From contig NW_026515686.1 of NCBI RefSeq assembly GCF_025526975.1, positions 1 to 64,000 of the forward strand: DNA of 64,000 bases. The letters run 5' to 3'. The stretch's first letter is position 1. Each line of letters opens with the position of its first letter. Below the pieces are notes generated by a model, which was not told the DNA's origin, did not search any database, and saw only the letters and a program-made list of their open reading frames with translations. Positions 10,711 through 23,015 of this stretch are shown here, one piece after another. The DNA is from Fimicolochytrium jonesii (taxonomy: Eukaryota). Both the position numbers and the translations under genes were made by a program.

Positions 10711-11692
10711 ATGATGGAAGATGACAGGGACGTCGAAGAAGAGGAGTATGATCAAAAGGAGGAGGGCAGTCGTCCGCTCAGGTTTTCCGGGAGGATAGCA
10801 TTGGAATTGGCTTTCCCTAGTGGAACACGCTTACCCGTTCGACCAGACAACCATACAACTCAACCACAGTCCGTATTTCGAATACCGGTGCCGCCCAGAA
10901 GTCGGCGGTAAAGTCTTCAACCACTCTCTATGTGGACGAGGTGGATACCGATAACTTTATGGTCGCGGATTAGGTGGAAAAAGATTGCTCGGACTTCCTC
11001 AATGTGCGATCGGTGAGAAGATGGGCGTCACCCCTAATACTTGTGATTCGAGGTGTGTGCTGGGAATGAAAGCCCGTGACATCAAACCATTGATGCTGAG
11101 ATATTGCTACTCTGCATCGTTTGGGAGCTTCCCAAAGGTCTCCAATCGTCCAGGTATCATCAAAAACCCAGTCCCAGTGAATGCAGTCGACGACTCTCCT
11201 CCCGGGCGTATGAAGTTTGCGTCCGCGGTCATGGCAAATGACCAGACAATGCCGCACGGTAATGCCGTAATGCACGAGAAGGGCTTTGCGCTGAAAGTAT
11301 GATGTTCACGGTAGTCCAGTCTCTTTCATGATTCGAAAGAAAGCACATGTCAAATATGCTGGTGGGATCCCAGACGCTCTTATACCAGAGGGAAAACGGG
11401 GCCAAAACGGGGCCAAAAATCTATGGTAACATGAGAGGAACAAAATGAATACGCAGCTTTTGCCATATCCGTTCCAAAGCCTGACGCAGGAAGCTCGCAT
11501 ACCGGTGCGGTGCGGGATGGAGGTTGGAGGCCACAGACACGAACTCAGACATCTCAGCTCCGAGATGAAGCCATACTTGCCCACAATGAGGCCGCAGTAC
11601 AGGAATGGAGCCGTACTGGGACCCCTGGGGAGGAGAGCGATGAGGAGTTTGCGGGATTCAACAAAAGTGATGCTCAGGTTTCCTTAGATTAG
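10711..11692 (+). pseudogene. Possible fragmented gene of unknown family
   Basis: Consecutive protein-like ORF pieces in three frames (10711..10911, 10985..11302, 11445..11687). A 1-nt shift at about 11298 reads through KVYDVHGSPVSFMIRKK. Confidence 0.25.
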
Positions 11693-12066
11693 TGTCTCAT
11701 TTGTTTTTTTTGTAACAATAAAAACTGTAATAAGACAGTTTTGAAGAGCAGCCTCTTGCGCACATTATGTTTTACAATACTTGGGATGGCCGTTGCCTGT
11801 GTGCAGAGGCCGTGGGGTTCAAAAAGGGGGGATGTACTGTATTTGAGCAGCTGCCTGGCGACGGTAGCGATGGTCGGCGACGCGACTGCGCAAACGTACA
11901 TATGTGAGCGCTGAGGTCACAGCCGCCACCTGCGCAACCGCCTTCCTTCGGAGCGAGGTCAGAGCTGTTAGCTCAATTGTACATGTAGGCCGTCTCGGAA
12001 CCTTCAAGCGGTCAGGGAATACGTCTCGTTCTCCCACTTCGACTCGTCGCCGCACGCGCAACCAAT

Positions 12067-13327
12067 ATGGACTCCCCTGATCAGACACCGGTACAGCGTC
12101 CTCTCCGGCGTTCTACGGCCGTTGTCACCGGCTATGGTGTAGGTCTCTAGTCCCGCACTTCTCAACACCCTACCTGCTTGTGTTTTTCACTGACGCTTTC
12201 TTCCTGGTCCACCAGCCGTTCAAGTCATACAGCACGAACCCCTCTTACGAAGCGGTGCGACCGCTGCAGGGATGTATTTTTCCTGCGGGGAGTGAAAGGG
12301 AGGAGGTCATGATCTTGGCGTATGAGCTGCCCGTCGAGTACGATAGAGTTCATGGTAAGGGCGAAGCGGTGGGAAGGGCGAGATTGTGGGCGATGCGGTG
12401 ATACTTTGGGCGCAAGAGCCCTACAGCCAACTCACCGCTCATACGCCCGCTTGGCAAGCGAGGATATACTCTCATACGTTCGAGCCTCCTCCTGACCTAT
12501 CTTTTCCCCGTTGAACAGCATTGATTCCCGCAATCTACACCACCAATCCCGCACCCAAATTCTTTCTCCATGTCGGCGTCAGTCACTACCTTCCACCCGC
12601 AACGCTCTGTCTCGAAACCTTTGCCAGGCGAGGACCGTATACGAAGTGCGATGTCATCGGTCGGTGTCCTCCCGGAAATGTTTGTGCGGACGAGGGCGAG
12701 GAAGATGATGACCCGAATGCGAATCCAGGGAGGGATGAATGGGAGCTTGTCGAGGGTAGGGATCCCTGTGGGAAGGTTGATCTAAAGACACTGGGACTTG
12801 TTACGACTAGCATCGCGCTTCCGGCATCTGCATCGACGTTGGCGCTCGAAAAGAACGATCCAGATGCTTACAAGACTTTGAACCCACCCGCGGAACTTGT
12901 GCAGGCGATCGTGGAACGAGTGCGACAACGATGGAACGCTGCTGGTCTCCCCCACGCCAGCGCCCCAGTAGACGGAAGGGATAACGAAACGATTGAGGAA
13001 GCGATTCAATCCACGCCAGAATCACCCGCGCCCGCAAAAGTGGATGTCTCACACGACTCGAACACTACCGCATTGAGCGTCCCGCCCGGCCCTCAATGGC
13101 AAATTCACCCCGGCACCGACGCAGGCCTGTTTCTCTGCGAATACGTCCTCTACCGCGGGCTCTCCTGCTCTTCTCATCTCTACTCGAATAATGGAACGGC
13201 GCCCCCACCGCCGGTGTTTTTCGTGCATGTGCCGTCGGTCGCGCCAGAGGGGACGCATAGGAGTCAGGAGGAGTTGGGGAGAGTTGTTGAGGAGGTTGTT
13301 AGGGGAATCTGTGAGGTTGTTGGATAG
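12067..13327 (+). CDS. Pyroglutamyl-peptidase I (peptidase C15); exons 12067-12138, 12216-12354, 12519-13327
   Basis: VVTGYGPF...NPS, LPVEY, LHVGV, LE(T)FA (Glu), DAGLFLCEY (Cys), FVHVP (His). Introns 12139-12215 and 12355-12518 are GT-AG and keep frame. Confidence 0.9.
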
Positions 13328-14371
13328 GGAGAAGGAGGGGAAGCACGCCGATAGGATACATCACATCAGGTTTGTCATTGGCACCCCGTTCAGGCGTGCA
13401 GGGTTACAGAGCATGCATCATTTATCAAGAATCGAAATCCCATCCCGCTCATCTGCATCGCACTACCATTTCGGCACATCTCATATTCCCTATGCATATC
13501 CGGGGCAGTCTAGTTCATACATGTCTCGCATTTCCTGTCACTACCGCATTTGTATATACCGCGCATTGATTCTTCTCAAATACAATCGATTCCAACCTCG
13601 CAGAACGAGGGGGAAACCACGAACTCCCTTTCCTCCGTTGTCAAATATCTGCCCGCTTCGCCACTAGCAGAGTCAAACATGTTCTTCACAAACATTCTTG
13701 GCGCTCCGCCGCCAGCTGATCGAACATATCCTTACAGGATCGCTCCCTCGTTCTTCCCAGAGTTCCGCCAGATCTCCCTTCCGGTCCACAGTCGTCCCGC
13801 GCCCTTTATGCCTATCCTAGGAGCGTCCGTCCCGTTCGTCCGTCGTCTTGTCCAATTCAAGAGCTTTTCCTGTTTGGTGGTGGACTGGTTTCAGTGGCTT
13901 CACACGGAAAGCTGATGTCCTCCGGCGTATTCCTGTTGTGACTCGGTTCTCTCAACCGCTAGCTCGCGAGTCGAGGTTGTTTAGAAATCGGGAGGAGATT
14001 CGGCGCGCAAATTCTGAACCGACGACTTCCATGGTACTTTTACAAAAAGAAAAGGAGCGTGAGCAAACATGGCGGGTGTCGGCGTCGAGGAGCGTCGATG
14101 AGATTGGGTTTATAGGTCGTCGTTCTGTCGTGTTCGTCGTTCTGCCCTGCCCAGTTTAACGCCCACGCCGCGCCTAGCGCGACAGGGGTCATAATCGGAG
14201 CAAAGAAATGTGTCTGGGAGTGAACCCGTTGCCTGCACGTCTGCAGACAAAGAGAGATTCAACTATGCCAAAGCACCAAGTATTATTAGTGAAATGCTTC
14301 GCACAATTCTCCATTCCGACGATCGATAAAGTTCAAGTTATCTCTCCAGCATGGTTTTGTATAACTAATAA

Positions 14372-14419
14372 ACTAATCTAGCAATCACGTGGGCTCACTA
14401 ATCTAGCAATCACGTGGGC
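14372..14419. repeat. Tandem duplication of a 23-bp unit containing CACGTG
   Basis: ACTAATCTAGCAATCACGTGGGC at 14372-14394 and 14397-14419. Confidence 0.85.
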
Positions 14420-14428
14420 GACTGTGAA

Positions 14429-14526
14429 CTTAGGGATGGGGTTATGAACCGTAATCCCTAACCCTAACCGTTACGTAGGGTTGTGAACCCTAATCCGTAA
14501 CCCTTTTAATCCCATGACGATAGGGT
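14429..14526. repeat. Degenerate telomere-like repeat patch in both orientations
   Basis: TTAGGG, CCCTAACCCTAACC (14456-14469), TAGGGTT, AACCCTAA, TAACCC. Confidence 0.6.
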
Positions 14527-14719
14527 GTCAGATCGCAAGATCAAGCAGGCGCTCGCACGGGACATATCGCTGCTTTTGATGCCGGTCGTTCCGCTCACTC
14601 TCATGCCCTGGCGCACCATACCGAGTAGTAAATATCAAGGGATCGAGGAAGTCACCGTGATTTTGCCCTGGGTGTAGGCGTGATTATTTGCACTCGGTCG
14701 CCGAGATAAACAAAAGAGC

Positions 14720-15005
14720 TTTAGATAGCCCTGTTTTGACACGAAATTGCCAGAATGGCCCCTTTTTGGGTAACTGACCTACCATAACAACTCGGGACGG
14801 CCTTCGGCCGGTTAGGCCTGGGTGTCACTAACCCTAACCCTAACCCTAGCTGGGGCACTTAACCATTAGAGTATGTGTGCTCAACGGTAGCGTGGATAGC
14901 AAACACGGGGAGCGTCGTTAGGTCCCTAGAAAAAGGCTATTTCAAAAATATGTTTCGGAAACAGGGCCATTCTGCCAATTTCGTGTCAAAAGAGGGCTAT
15001 CTAAA
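14720..15005. mobile_element. MITE-like element with ~42-bp imperfect TIRs enclosing a telomeric tract
   Basis: TTTAGATAGCCCTGTTTTGACACGAAATTGCCAGAATGGCCC (14720-14761) vs GGGCCATTCTGCCAATTTCGTGTCAAAAGAGGGCTATCTAAA (14964-15005), 2 mismatches. Internal (CTAACC)3 at 14828-14848. TA flanks if the ends are GATAGCCC...GGGCTATC. Confidence 0.75.
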
Positions 15006-15461
15006 CAATTTTTTTTAAACAAAAACATTGGCACATCGGTTTTTCTTCGCATGTACGGCGACAAGTAGTGTATTGGCGATGTGACATTGCGAGCGGTAAA
15101 ACAATGGGATTTCTCTTGCAAATGTTGCAGAAGGCGGCCTTGCAAACTCCGACCCGCGAGTAAGCCTATCAGCCCTGGAGGGGCCCAAACGTGCATGAAA
15201 ACGGTTCAAATGGTATTCAAAAGGGACGAACGGCTACCGGCAGCCGTTCCGATTCATTAAACTCTTTACACCGGGTTGAAGTCAGCCGGTGAAGCCTTCC
15301 TTGTCACCGTCCCAAGAACATTCACTTGAAGGAAGCAGAGTGTATATTTAACAATCGACATCCACGTCTGCCCAGCTCGATCGGGTGAAGAAACAAACTG
15401 TGCATCCCAAATCCACCATTGACACCTATTGCTTTCCATCCAATCCACCCACCGTCCCACA

Positions 15462-16304
15462 ATGAGCCTCGTAACCAGCACCGTAACCTCGATCACCGTG
15501 TCCCACACCATCGTCTACCTCAACACCCTCCTAACCCGCTCCGACCTCGCCTGGCGACACCGCTCCTTCCTCATCGCCATGTGCCTCACGCACCTAATCC
15601 AACGCGTGACGATGATGTTCTACATGGACAATAGCATCTCGCGCAACTGCACGACGCTGATTGTTTTCGGCAACCTGCTTGGGGTGATCGCGTACCGGTA
15701 CACGCTGCTGCATCTGCTGGGCGCGCTGTACCGCTCGATGCGGCAGAACGATGTGTACTCGAAAGCCGCGTCGGCAATATCGGTGGCACTTTGGGTCGCG
15801 AGCTCGATCGCATTTATGGAGCATATGCTGACGGCGCCCATTACGGATGCAAGTTTCTGCGCGCAGGAGTTGACGCCGTGGAAAACGACGGTGAATAATT
15901 CGTTGTTCCTGATGTCGTTCGCGGTCATTTCCATCCCTATCATCATGCATCTTGGACGACATTTGCGCAACGTACGGTCGACACTCACCAAGACTACCCA
16001 AATGTCCCCCGTGGATCGGATCTACTACACCCAACTCTATTTCCTCGCCGGGTTCATCCCCGTGTTTTTGTTATTGCTGATCGTGCAGTGGTTCATGCAT
16101 GAGTGGGCTTGGCTATTGTTGGATTTCATCATGTCGGACTACTGCTGGTTGCATGGCATCGCGCTGTTTACGTTTAAGCGAGCGCCTGAGGAGAGCGAGA
16201 AGAAGAGCCAAGTGCAGCACACGGGATCGAAGAGGGCGAATAACAGCACGATGCAAAAGAGCACTAAGCTTGTGGAGATTGCGAAGGATACTTCAATGGC
16301 TTGA
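15462..16304 (+). CDS. Multi-pass (about 7 TM) membrane protein, GPCR-like, intronless
   Basis: Six to seven hydrophobic segments. Cys before the putative TM3 (SRNCTTL) and Cys in the putative second extracellular loop (SFCAQE). Basic/polar C-tail. Confidence 0.65.
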   Translation: MSLVTSTVTSITVSHTIVYLNTLLTRSDLAWRHRSFLIAMCLTHLIQRVTMMFYMDNSISRNCTTLIVFGNLLGVIAYRYTLLHLLGALYRSMRQNDVYSKAASAISVALWVASSIAFMEHMLTAPITDASFCAQELTPWKTTVNNSLFLMSFAVISIPIIMHLGRHLRNVRSTLTKTTQMSPVDRIYYTQLYFLAGFIPVFLLLLIVQWFMHEWAWLLLDFIMSDYCWLHGIALFTFKRAPEESEKKSQVQHTGSKRANNSTMQKSTKLVEIAKDTSMA

Positions 16305-16953
16305 GTGGAGGGATCGGAGGCTTCTGAAGGAGGGGATACCCTCCCGCATAGTAGTATAAGCAATATCACCCCACATATCTTGTGTGCCCATCGAGTTCTT
16401 TTGTACTACTGGAAGCCAAAGTTGATGCATAACATACAATCCGCACGTTTACCAATTGTTTCGTGCGTGAATCGTTGTCGGATACCTGGACATTCGCTGT
16501 CGGGTAATGCCGTTGCCCTTGCACATGCCGCATATATGCCGGATGTGCCGTCGTGCACACTGCCGAATGGACGGTCTTCCACGCAAAATGTGGGCGCGCG
16601 TTACCACGGTTTCGTTCATTCCAAAATTCCAAACGCTACGGACGGGCCACGATGAGCTACTGTATGTCGAGTGTCACTGTTGGGAACTTAGACATCCCAG
16701 TACGTATGCGTAGCGATATACGTGGGCGTGCGCTCCTCCAACATGCAGTCAAGAAACGAATAATAGGTTCCTAACCGGCAATCCAGAAGTCGCGAGGTGA
16801 ACGTGAGACGGAACGATCGCAGAGTTGATATGTGCAGTGGTAAGGCTATAGTTTATTATTTTTACATCAGCGTTGGATCTATGAGAAGATTCTACTTATC
16901 TCTATCCTTTCATCGCACCGCATCAACAGCGGACATCGGGTCAGAGAATCTAT

Positions 16954-17865
16954 CTACAGCGAGGACACGAAAACGGCCATGACCAACGCAGCGACGCCCA
17001 GCCCACTACCATGAGCGACAGTCGCGGCCCCACTTGGGATGGTCGCATCGCTCCCGCCGGCCGCGGCGGCAGTTGAAGGAGACGATACAGCAACCGGGAC
17101 AGAGACGGAAGCGCTCGGGCCCGTCACACGGGGCGTTGCAACCGGCGTGGGCGCCACCACAGGTGCGGAGGTGGTAGTATTGCCGGCTGCGCCAACGGGG
17201 AGCATAACGGTGTTCGCCACACCTCCATTCGCATACTCGACTTTAGGAAGCGTCGCGAAATCCGGCACCGTCCCCTTCGCGCACAGGCACGTCGCAACCA
17301 AGGAATCCACCTCGATGACGGGTCCTAGGCCATCCACAGGGCAACTCTTGGTGCACAGATCTTTGAACGCCTGTCTGGCGGCGAGCGATGTGGGCGCCAG
17401 GCCGGAGATGTTGTACCACTGGGGCATCTGGACGCCGGCGTCCTTGATGAAGAGCGGCAGGCCGGTGGTGCAGGTGGCGCACATGCCGACATCGGTCGCG
17501 AGGTTCGCGGTGAGTTTTGTGCACATAGATCCGAAGTCGGTCGGGCAGGTCTGCCCTTGCGCGGCTGCAGCGGCGGTGGCGGTTTCGGTGCATTGCTTGA
17601 AGAAAGTCTCGCATGCGGGCGAGAATACCGGGGTAGTCGGGACGGAGGGTTCCGGGACGGTGACGGGGTTGGGCCTGGGGTTGGTGTGCATGAAAGGGTT
17701 GGGTGGGCATCCGATGGGGTTAGGGACGTTGGGGATGTTGGGACAGATGGGTCGGTGGTGAGTGATCTGACGTTTGCTCAGGACTCGCTCGTTGTTGGAG
17801 GTGAGCGATGCGGTGCAGCAACCGGCGAGGACGGCGGTGGAGACGACCAATGTTGTAAACTTCAT
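16954..17865 (-). CDS. Secreted Cys-rich, probably GPI-anchored surface protein (303 aa)
   Basis: Signal peptide MKFTTLVVSTAVLAG, KR dibasic site, PN-rich segment, Cys-rich domain, S/T/A/P stalk, hydrophobic C-terminus (SGAATVAHGSGLGVAALVMAVFVSSL). TATAAA on the minus strand near 17954-17959. Confidence 0.8.
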   Translation of the reverse strand: MKFTTLVVSTAVLAGCCTASLTSNNERVLSKRQITHHRPICPNIPNVPNPIGCPPNPFMHTNPRPNPVTVPEPSVPTTPVFSPACETFFKQCTETATAAAAAQGQTCPTDFGSMCTKLTANLATDVGMCATCTTGLPLFIKDAGVQMPQWYNISGLAPTSLAARQAFKDLCTKSCPVDGLGPVIEVDSLVATCLCAKGTVPDFATLPKVEYANGGVANTVMLPVGAAGNTTTSAPVVAPTPVATPRVTGPSASVSVPVAVSSPSTAAAAGGSDATIPSGAATVAHGSGLGVAALVMAVFVSSL

Positions 17866-19890
17866 GGTTGCGGCGATGTTGCTGGGTCGCTGAGACGTGT
17901 TACGCTTCAATGTTTGCGGCGGTTGAGGGAAAGGGGAGATGTGTGTCCTGTCCTTTATAGCCGAAATCATAAGGCACGGCATTTCCATCCTCAGACCTTC
18001 CACGCCGACAGAGAAAACTTTCCCATGATACCGGTGAGATGTGTAGTACTGCGAGGCGGCATGAAAAGACCGTGGACGTTCTACAGTGAGAAAGCCTGTA
18101 CCGTTGGTTCGGACGCCAAAAGTGAAAGGGCAATTTAAATTTCGACGGCAAACCCTGTCGTCGGCTACAACATCTACAAATCGCACCGCACATCAAAGAG
18201 AATTTCCACGAACTTGGACGTCGATATGGCGGGGCAGACGTTTCAGAGGGTCGACGACTACTAGTACCGGAGTCTAGACCGCATATCGGACGCCTATCGG
18301 CCGCCGGTATGGCCATGATTCCAGTGAGAAATTTGGGCGTTTGGCCGTTTGACCGTTTTTTCTCAGTCTTTTTTCAACAGTTTTTATCTCAAAGGCCGTC
18401 AATTCAAATGCATGGCGTCCGACCCCCCGCATATGAAGTGGCCAGCACCGTGAAATCATTGACGGAGGAGAGTAGAGACACATTGGGAGTTTTCCGTCAG
18501 ATTTTCCGCGCTTCGTAGCGGCAAAGAATTGCTTCAATGAACGGCTTCAACGCTGAGCCCGCCGCCGGACGAAGCTTTGTTTGCGGGTGTCGGTCGCGGA
18601 TCTCAGTTTCGTACGTAGTCTTTCTTTTTGCAGCTTTCTCGAACGGGACTGACAAATGACTGCAAGTTTCTGGCAAATGACTGCAGGCGACCTCCGTCGG
18701 ACTACGGCAAGATGCCCATCCGGTCCAGAGTCCAGACCCATTCGAATCGTAATGTGTCATAAACCGTCTCTCCGCATCACACGACTCTGATCTCCCGTTT
18801 TTACAGCCGCGTTATCTCGAAGCTCATGTCTTGTGGTCGTCTTGGATCTTCGAGCGGGCAGTGCCAGGCACCTAGTGAAAAAACGCCGCGGCATGTGGGC
18901 GTGGGGTAACGTGATGGATGAGCTGGAGTGTCGGGACGCGGACGTCGCCTGTTACCGTCCTACGTCGGGTTCCAGCCAAAAAAAGTCCAGCAGGGCTTTT
19001 TCCCCCGCGGCAGCTTGGAAAATCAAAGTTGGCCCCGCTCGCCGCAAAAATCGTCTTACGTACATACGGCATATCATCGCGGAATCATCACAATTTCAAC
19101 ACCAGGTTTTTGAGCCCTCCTGAAGGGAGTCTCGGCGAAGCCCTACATATACAGTAGGCGTGAGGCCCAGTCTCTCGCCCGAAAAGCTTATTACGAGGTA
19201 AGGGAAATGAGAAGTGAGAAGAACAGCGGCCGCTCACAAACCCACATGAGAAGACCATTCACATGGTGGAAGGGACAATGCAGGAGATCCTGGTGCTGAA
19301 CCATTCCCTGCCGTCTATCCGGCCCGTCCCGCGATCAACAGAGCAGGGACTAAAGAGTCATTTGATCCTGCTTTAACCTTGATCTTGTTGTGGTTTACCT
19401 CACCTCAGTGTACTTTTAGGCCCTGGCTACGCCATGCGTGACTGCCAATACGTAGGAAGGGGACGAGAAGCTTGAAGGTTTCAGGCTCCATCAGACGTCA
19501 CGAAGCTTGTTTCTTGAAAGACACCGGGGGGTAGCGTGACCCTTGCCTGGTCCTGAAAAAAGATGATGTGAGCCGTGGGCCGTGGCTGACGCGGCAGGGA
19601 GAGAGAGTTTTTGCGCCTTGCCTTCTCTCTGGCTATATAAGAAGTGTGGCATCCATGCTCGCCCTTGCTTTGTTCGTTGATATACTTGGAATTAGCAGGC
19701 GCTTCCGTACTTTCACGAGATATTCTTCTTGCTTCTTGAACCATTCTCAGCCTACCCGAGTTGCGGAGTTGTCACTACCTCCCGTCCTTACCCTTGCATC
19801 TAGCGCCAATCAGTACCCTCATAGCAGGAAACCTCCAGCTCACACTCCACCACCGTACACTAGCTCGTTCTCCACACGGTACATTTAGTC

Positions 19891-21168
19891 ATGGCGTCCA
19901 GCGATAACGCCCCATGCCTCGCCAACCCGGCTTGCCTCGCCTGCGTCCTCGACCCTAACTGCAAAGGTTTCTTCGTAGCACAAGGCAAAATCGGCGCTCT
20001 CGGCGCCGTCAGCACCGCCGTCTCTACATTCGGCCCCGCAGCTCTCGTCGCCGGCTGCGTGATCCCCATCGTCTTCTTCGGTATCCTTCTCGCCCTCCAC
20101 CGTCTCTTCTTCACCCGTTACACATCGCAGCATCAGCTTGGGCCGGATGGTGGCCGTGTGGACAAGAAACGCACGTGGGCGCTTTTGGCAGGGTTCCTCT
20201 TCTTGGTCCTTTGCATTGGAGCGCTGATTAAAAGCCTGGCGACATTTGAGGGAAGGACTAAGGGGGCGCTCATCATTGGATATGTGGGCTATGTTGGTGC
20301 TTTGATGGCGCTCAATATTGGTGAGTAGTTTGTGATGAGCTTCGGACAAAAGGGTATCCAAACCGCCCCGTCCCTTCGTGCATCGTTAACCATCCCATCC
20401 CAACCCTCTTTTCATCCCCACTAGCCGGAGCCCTCCGCTTCCGCCGCAACCTCGCACACCCTACCCACCGCCGCATCCTCCTCATCGCAACCGTCCTCGT
20501 GACCCTCGCAATTGGGCTTGCGGCCATGATCTGCAACTCTATGGATACGCAGGACTATGAAGGCGACCTGATCAACTATGAGTTATCGGACCGCGCGGCG
20601 TATTTGCCGCTGGGATTGCCGATTTGGTACTTTTTGATTGCGGTTTACGGGTTGAGTCGTGAGGTATGTTATACGAATTGACGTCGGCGGGTGAATTTGC
20701 GGTTGGGAGGTCCAGCGCATCATGTATTCGCGCCGATTCCTGGCACTAAACTTCCCTCCTTCCCCGCAGGTCCGCACCCCTCACGCCCGCAACGCCGGCT
20801 GGTCTGACAAATACCGCCCGCGCACCACGGCCGCCACCTCCCCGCACACCCAATCCTCTAACAACGTCGCCGCCCTCTCCACGGGCCACACCCCCCACAC
20901 ATCCCACCCGCTCACCATCCTCCTTCTAACCCTCCTTAACCTCGCCCTCATCATCGCCTACCTCGCGTCGGCACATTCCATCCGTCACGACAGACGCTTC
21001 GAGACGCCCGGCGCGATCTTGTTCGCGACCTTGTTTTTGGCAAATGAGGCATGGATTCGGGTTAGGGACTTCAGAGAGAATGGGGCGCTGGTGACTGGGA
21101 ACAGTATGGATAGCATTGGGACTGTACCCGCTGGTGGGGCTACGGCCGCGATGAAGGAGACGGTTTAG
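19891..21168 (+). CDS. Multi-pass (about 7 TM) membrane protein; exons 19891-20320, 20425-20663, 20770-21168
   Basis: Introns 20321-20424 (gtgagt...ctag) and 20664-20769 (gtatgt...cgcag) give a continuous hydrophobic ORF with a Cys-rich N-terminus. Confidence 0.75.
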
Positions 21169-21713
21169 ACTTGTATGGCTATGAGTTGGTTTTCGAACCT
21201 TGGGATTGCGTTGAGAACTCCGATGATGGGATATGGACCTGTATACTGGATGTACCGGACATATTTTTTGTTCCTGAGTAAGATTTTACTCAAGCTTCTG
21301 TGTAACCTGCCTCTGCTTTTCTCCTCGTTCCTTTCCTTTCCTCGTGAGGAAATATATCCGTACTGTACAGTACCTTGCAGTGTGCTCTTCTCCATTAGCT
21401 GAGGCGACAAACAGTCGTAACCCTAACCTCCTTCCAGGTTTGAAATGTGGACAACGGTGTTAGGGACTGTTAGCAAATAGTAGGCCGTGTTTCCTCCCCT
21501 TTCTCGCCGGAAAAGGGAAGCTCAAATCGGGTATACTACCTAGGGAAACATCGACCTTGAATTGAGGAGGAAGCAGCAGTAGAAGCAACACCCACGTCGG
21601 ACAGTTATAGTCTCACAGGGGAGATAGCGAGCGCTGGTAATTCTTCGAACGGACAGCGGCACACCTCCTTATTAGGCACACCGCATCGCTACCTTCCTTT
21701 CACCACCCCAACA

Positions 21714-22741
21714 ATGACAACAGTAGCAGCCCGGTGGCGGCCAACAGCGATCCTCCTCCCCTTTGTCGTTCTCTTCTGCTTCCTGTGCCTCATCCTCTTG
21801 CGTTACGACCTCCCTTCCACCGACTTCACCAAAAACAACTCGTCGCCAACGCTCAATTTACCATCACCTACAAATTCACACCTCTGCGTGCTGGCACGCA
21901 CCTACCCAAAACAATATACCTACCTTCCCGCTTTCCTCCTCAGCGTTGTGAAGGGAACTGACCACTCGGCGCCGCTGGATACGACCGTCGTGGTGGTTGT
22001 GACGGAGGAAACCACGCGTGAGCAGAAGAAGGTGTTGAGGGACACATTGAGGGTCACGGAGGAGGCGGCAATGGTGGGCGGACACCCGAGGCCGAAGATT
22101 GTGACGCTGGACGTGCGGAAGGAGGAGGCAGAGCGGGTTTATCCTTTGCTGAAAGATGGCTGGAGTGACTATGGATATGGTGAGTGAATGATTTGGGTTG
22201 GGACAACGGGTCGCGCAGAATGGATCCTAACTAACTTCTCATTACTATCACAGCATACACAGACGTGGCAATCGAAAAACTGGCTGCAGCCCACTCCAGT
22301 CCCCATACGACCTTCCCCAAATGCGACTACATCATGTTCACCAACGCCGACAACCTCTATTCCTCCCGCCTCGGCACACACATCACGCCACACATCACGT
22401 CACAAACCGACCTGATAGGCTTCGACATGATCTCAGGACACGCATGGCATTCACGCAGTGCTGCAGACCCCGCGCAGGGCATATATGACGACGCAACGAT
22501 GAAACATCTTACTGTGGCGTTTAAGACGGCTGCGATTGACCTGGGAGCTTCGATTCATCGGTTTGACCTCGTTGTCAAGCATGGGTTCAGGTTCTTGAAG
22601 ATTGCGGGGGTTACGGAAGGCATGGAAGGCGAGGAAGCCAAAGCGAAACTTTGGAATGCGGATGGGAATTTCATTGAGGCATCGAAAGCCGTTGCGCAGA
22701 AGACGGCGATCATTAGGCAGACGCTGTTTGTGCATCAATAG
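21714..22741 (+). CDS. Type II membrane glycosyltransferase-like protein (GT-A-like); exons 21714-22179, 22254-22741
   Basis: N-terminal TM anchor, stem, DYGY, DYIMFTNADNLYS, IDLGA. Intron 22180-22253 with CTAAC branch point. Confidence 0.65.
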
Positions 22742-23015
22742 AGGGAGTAGGTAGGGGCGTGAGATGATACCAATAGAAGTAGCGTTGGCGTATTTAGAGT
22801 AGAGGACTGCGTTATCATTCTGGCGTAATCTGAGTTCCTTTTTGGCGTAGATGGTTTCCGTCATTTTTTGGTCACCTGACCTACGAGACATTCCTGCGGG
22901 ATTAATCACTGATTAATTACCTCCAAGACTCCCAAGTTCGGACGGCGTGGGAAGCCCAGAAGCCCTCGTCCGGATTGCCGCAACCATCTCGCTCATCGGC
23001 AACCTCCGCGACGCC

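Noticed and set aside
18640..18690. 12-bp direct repeat CAAATGACTGCA
   Set aside because: An isolated short duplication with no associated termini or ORF.
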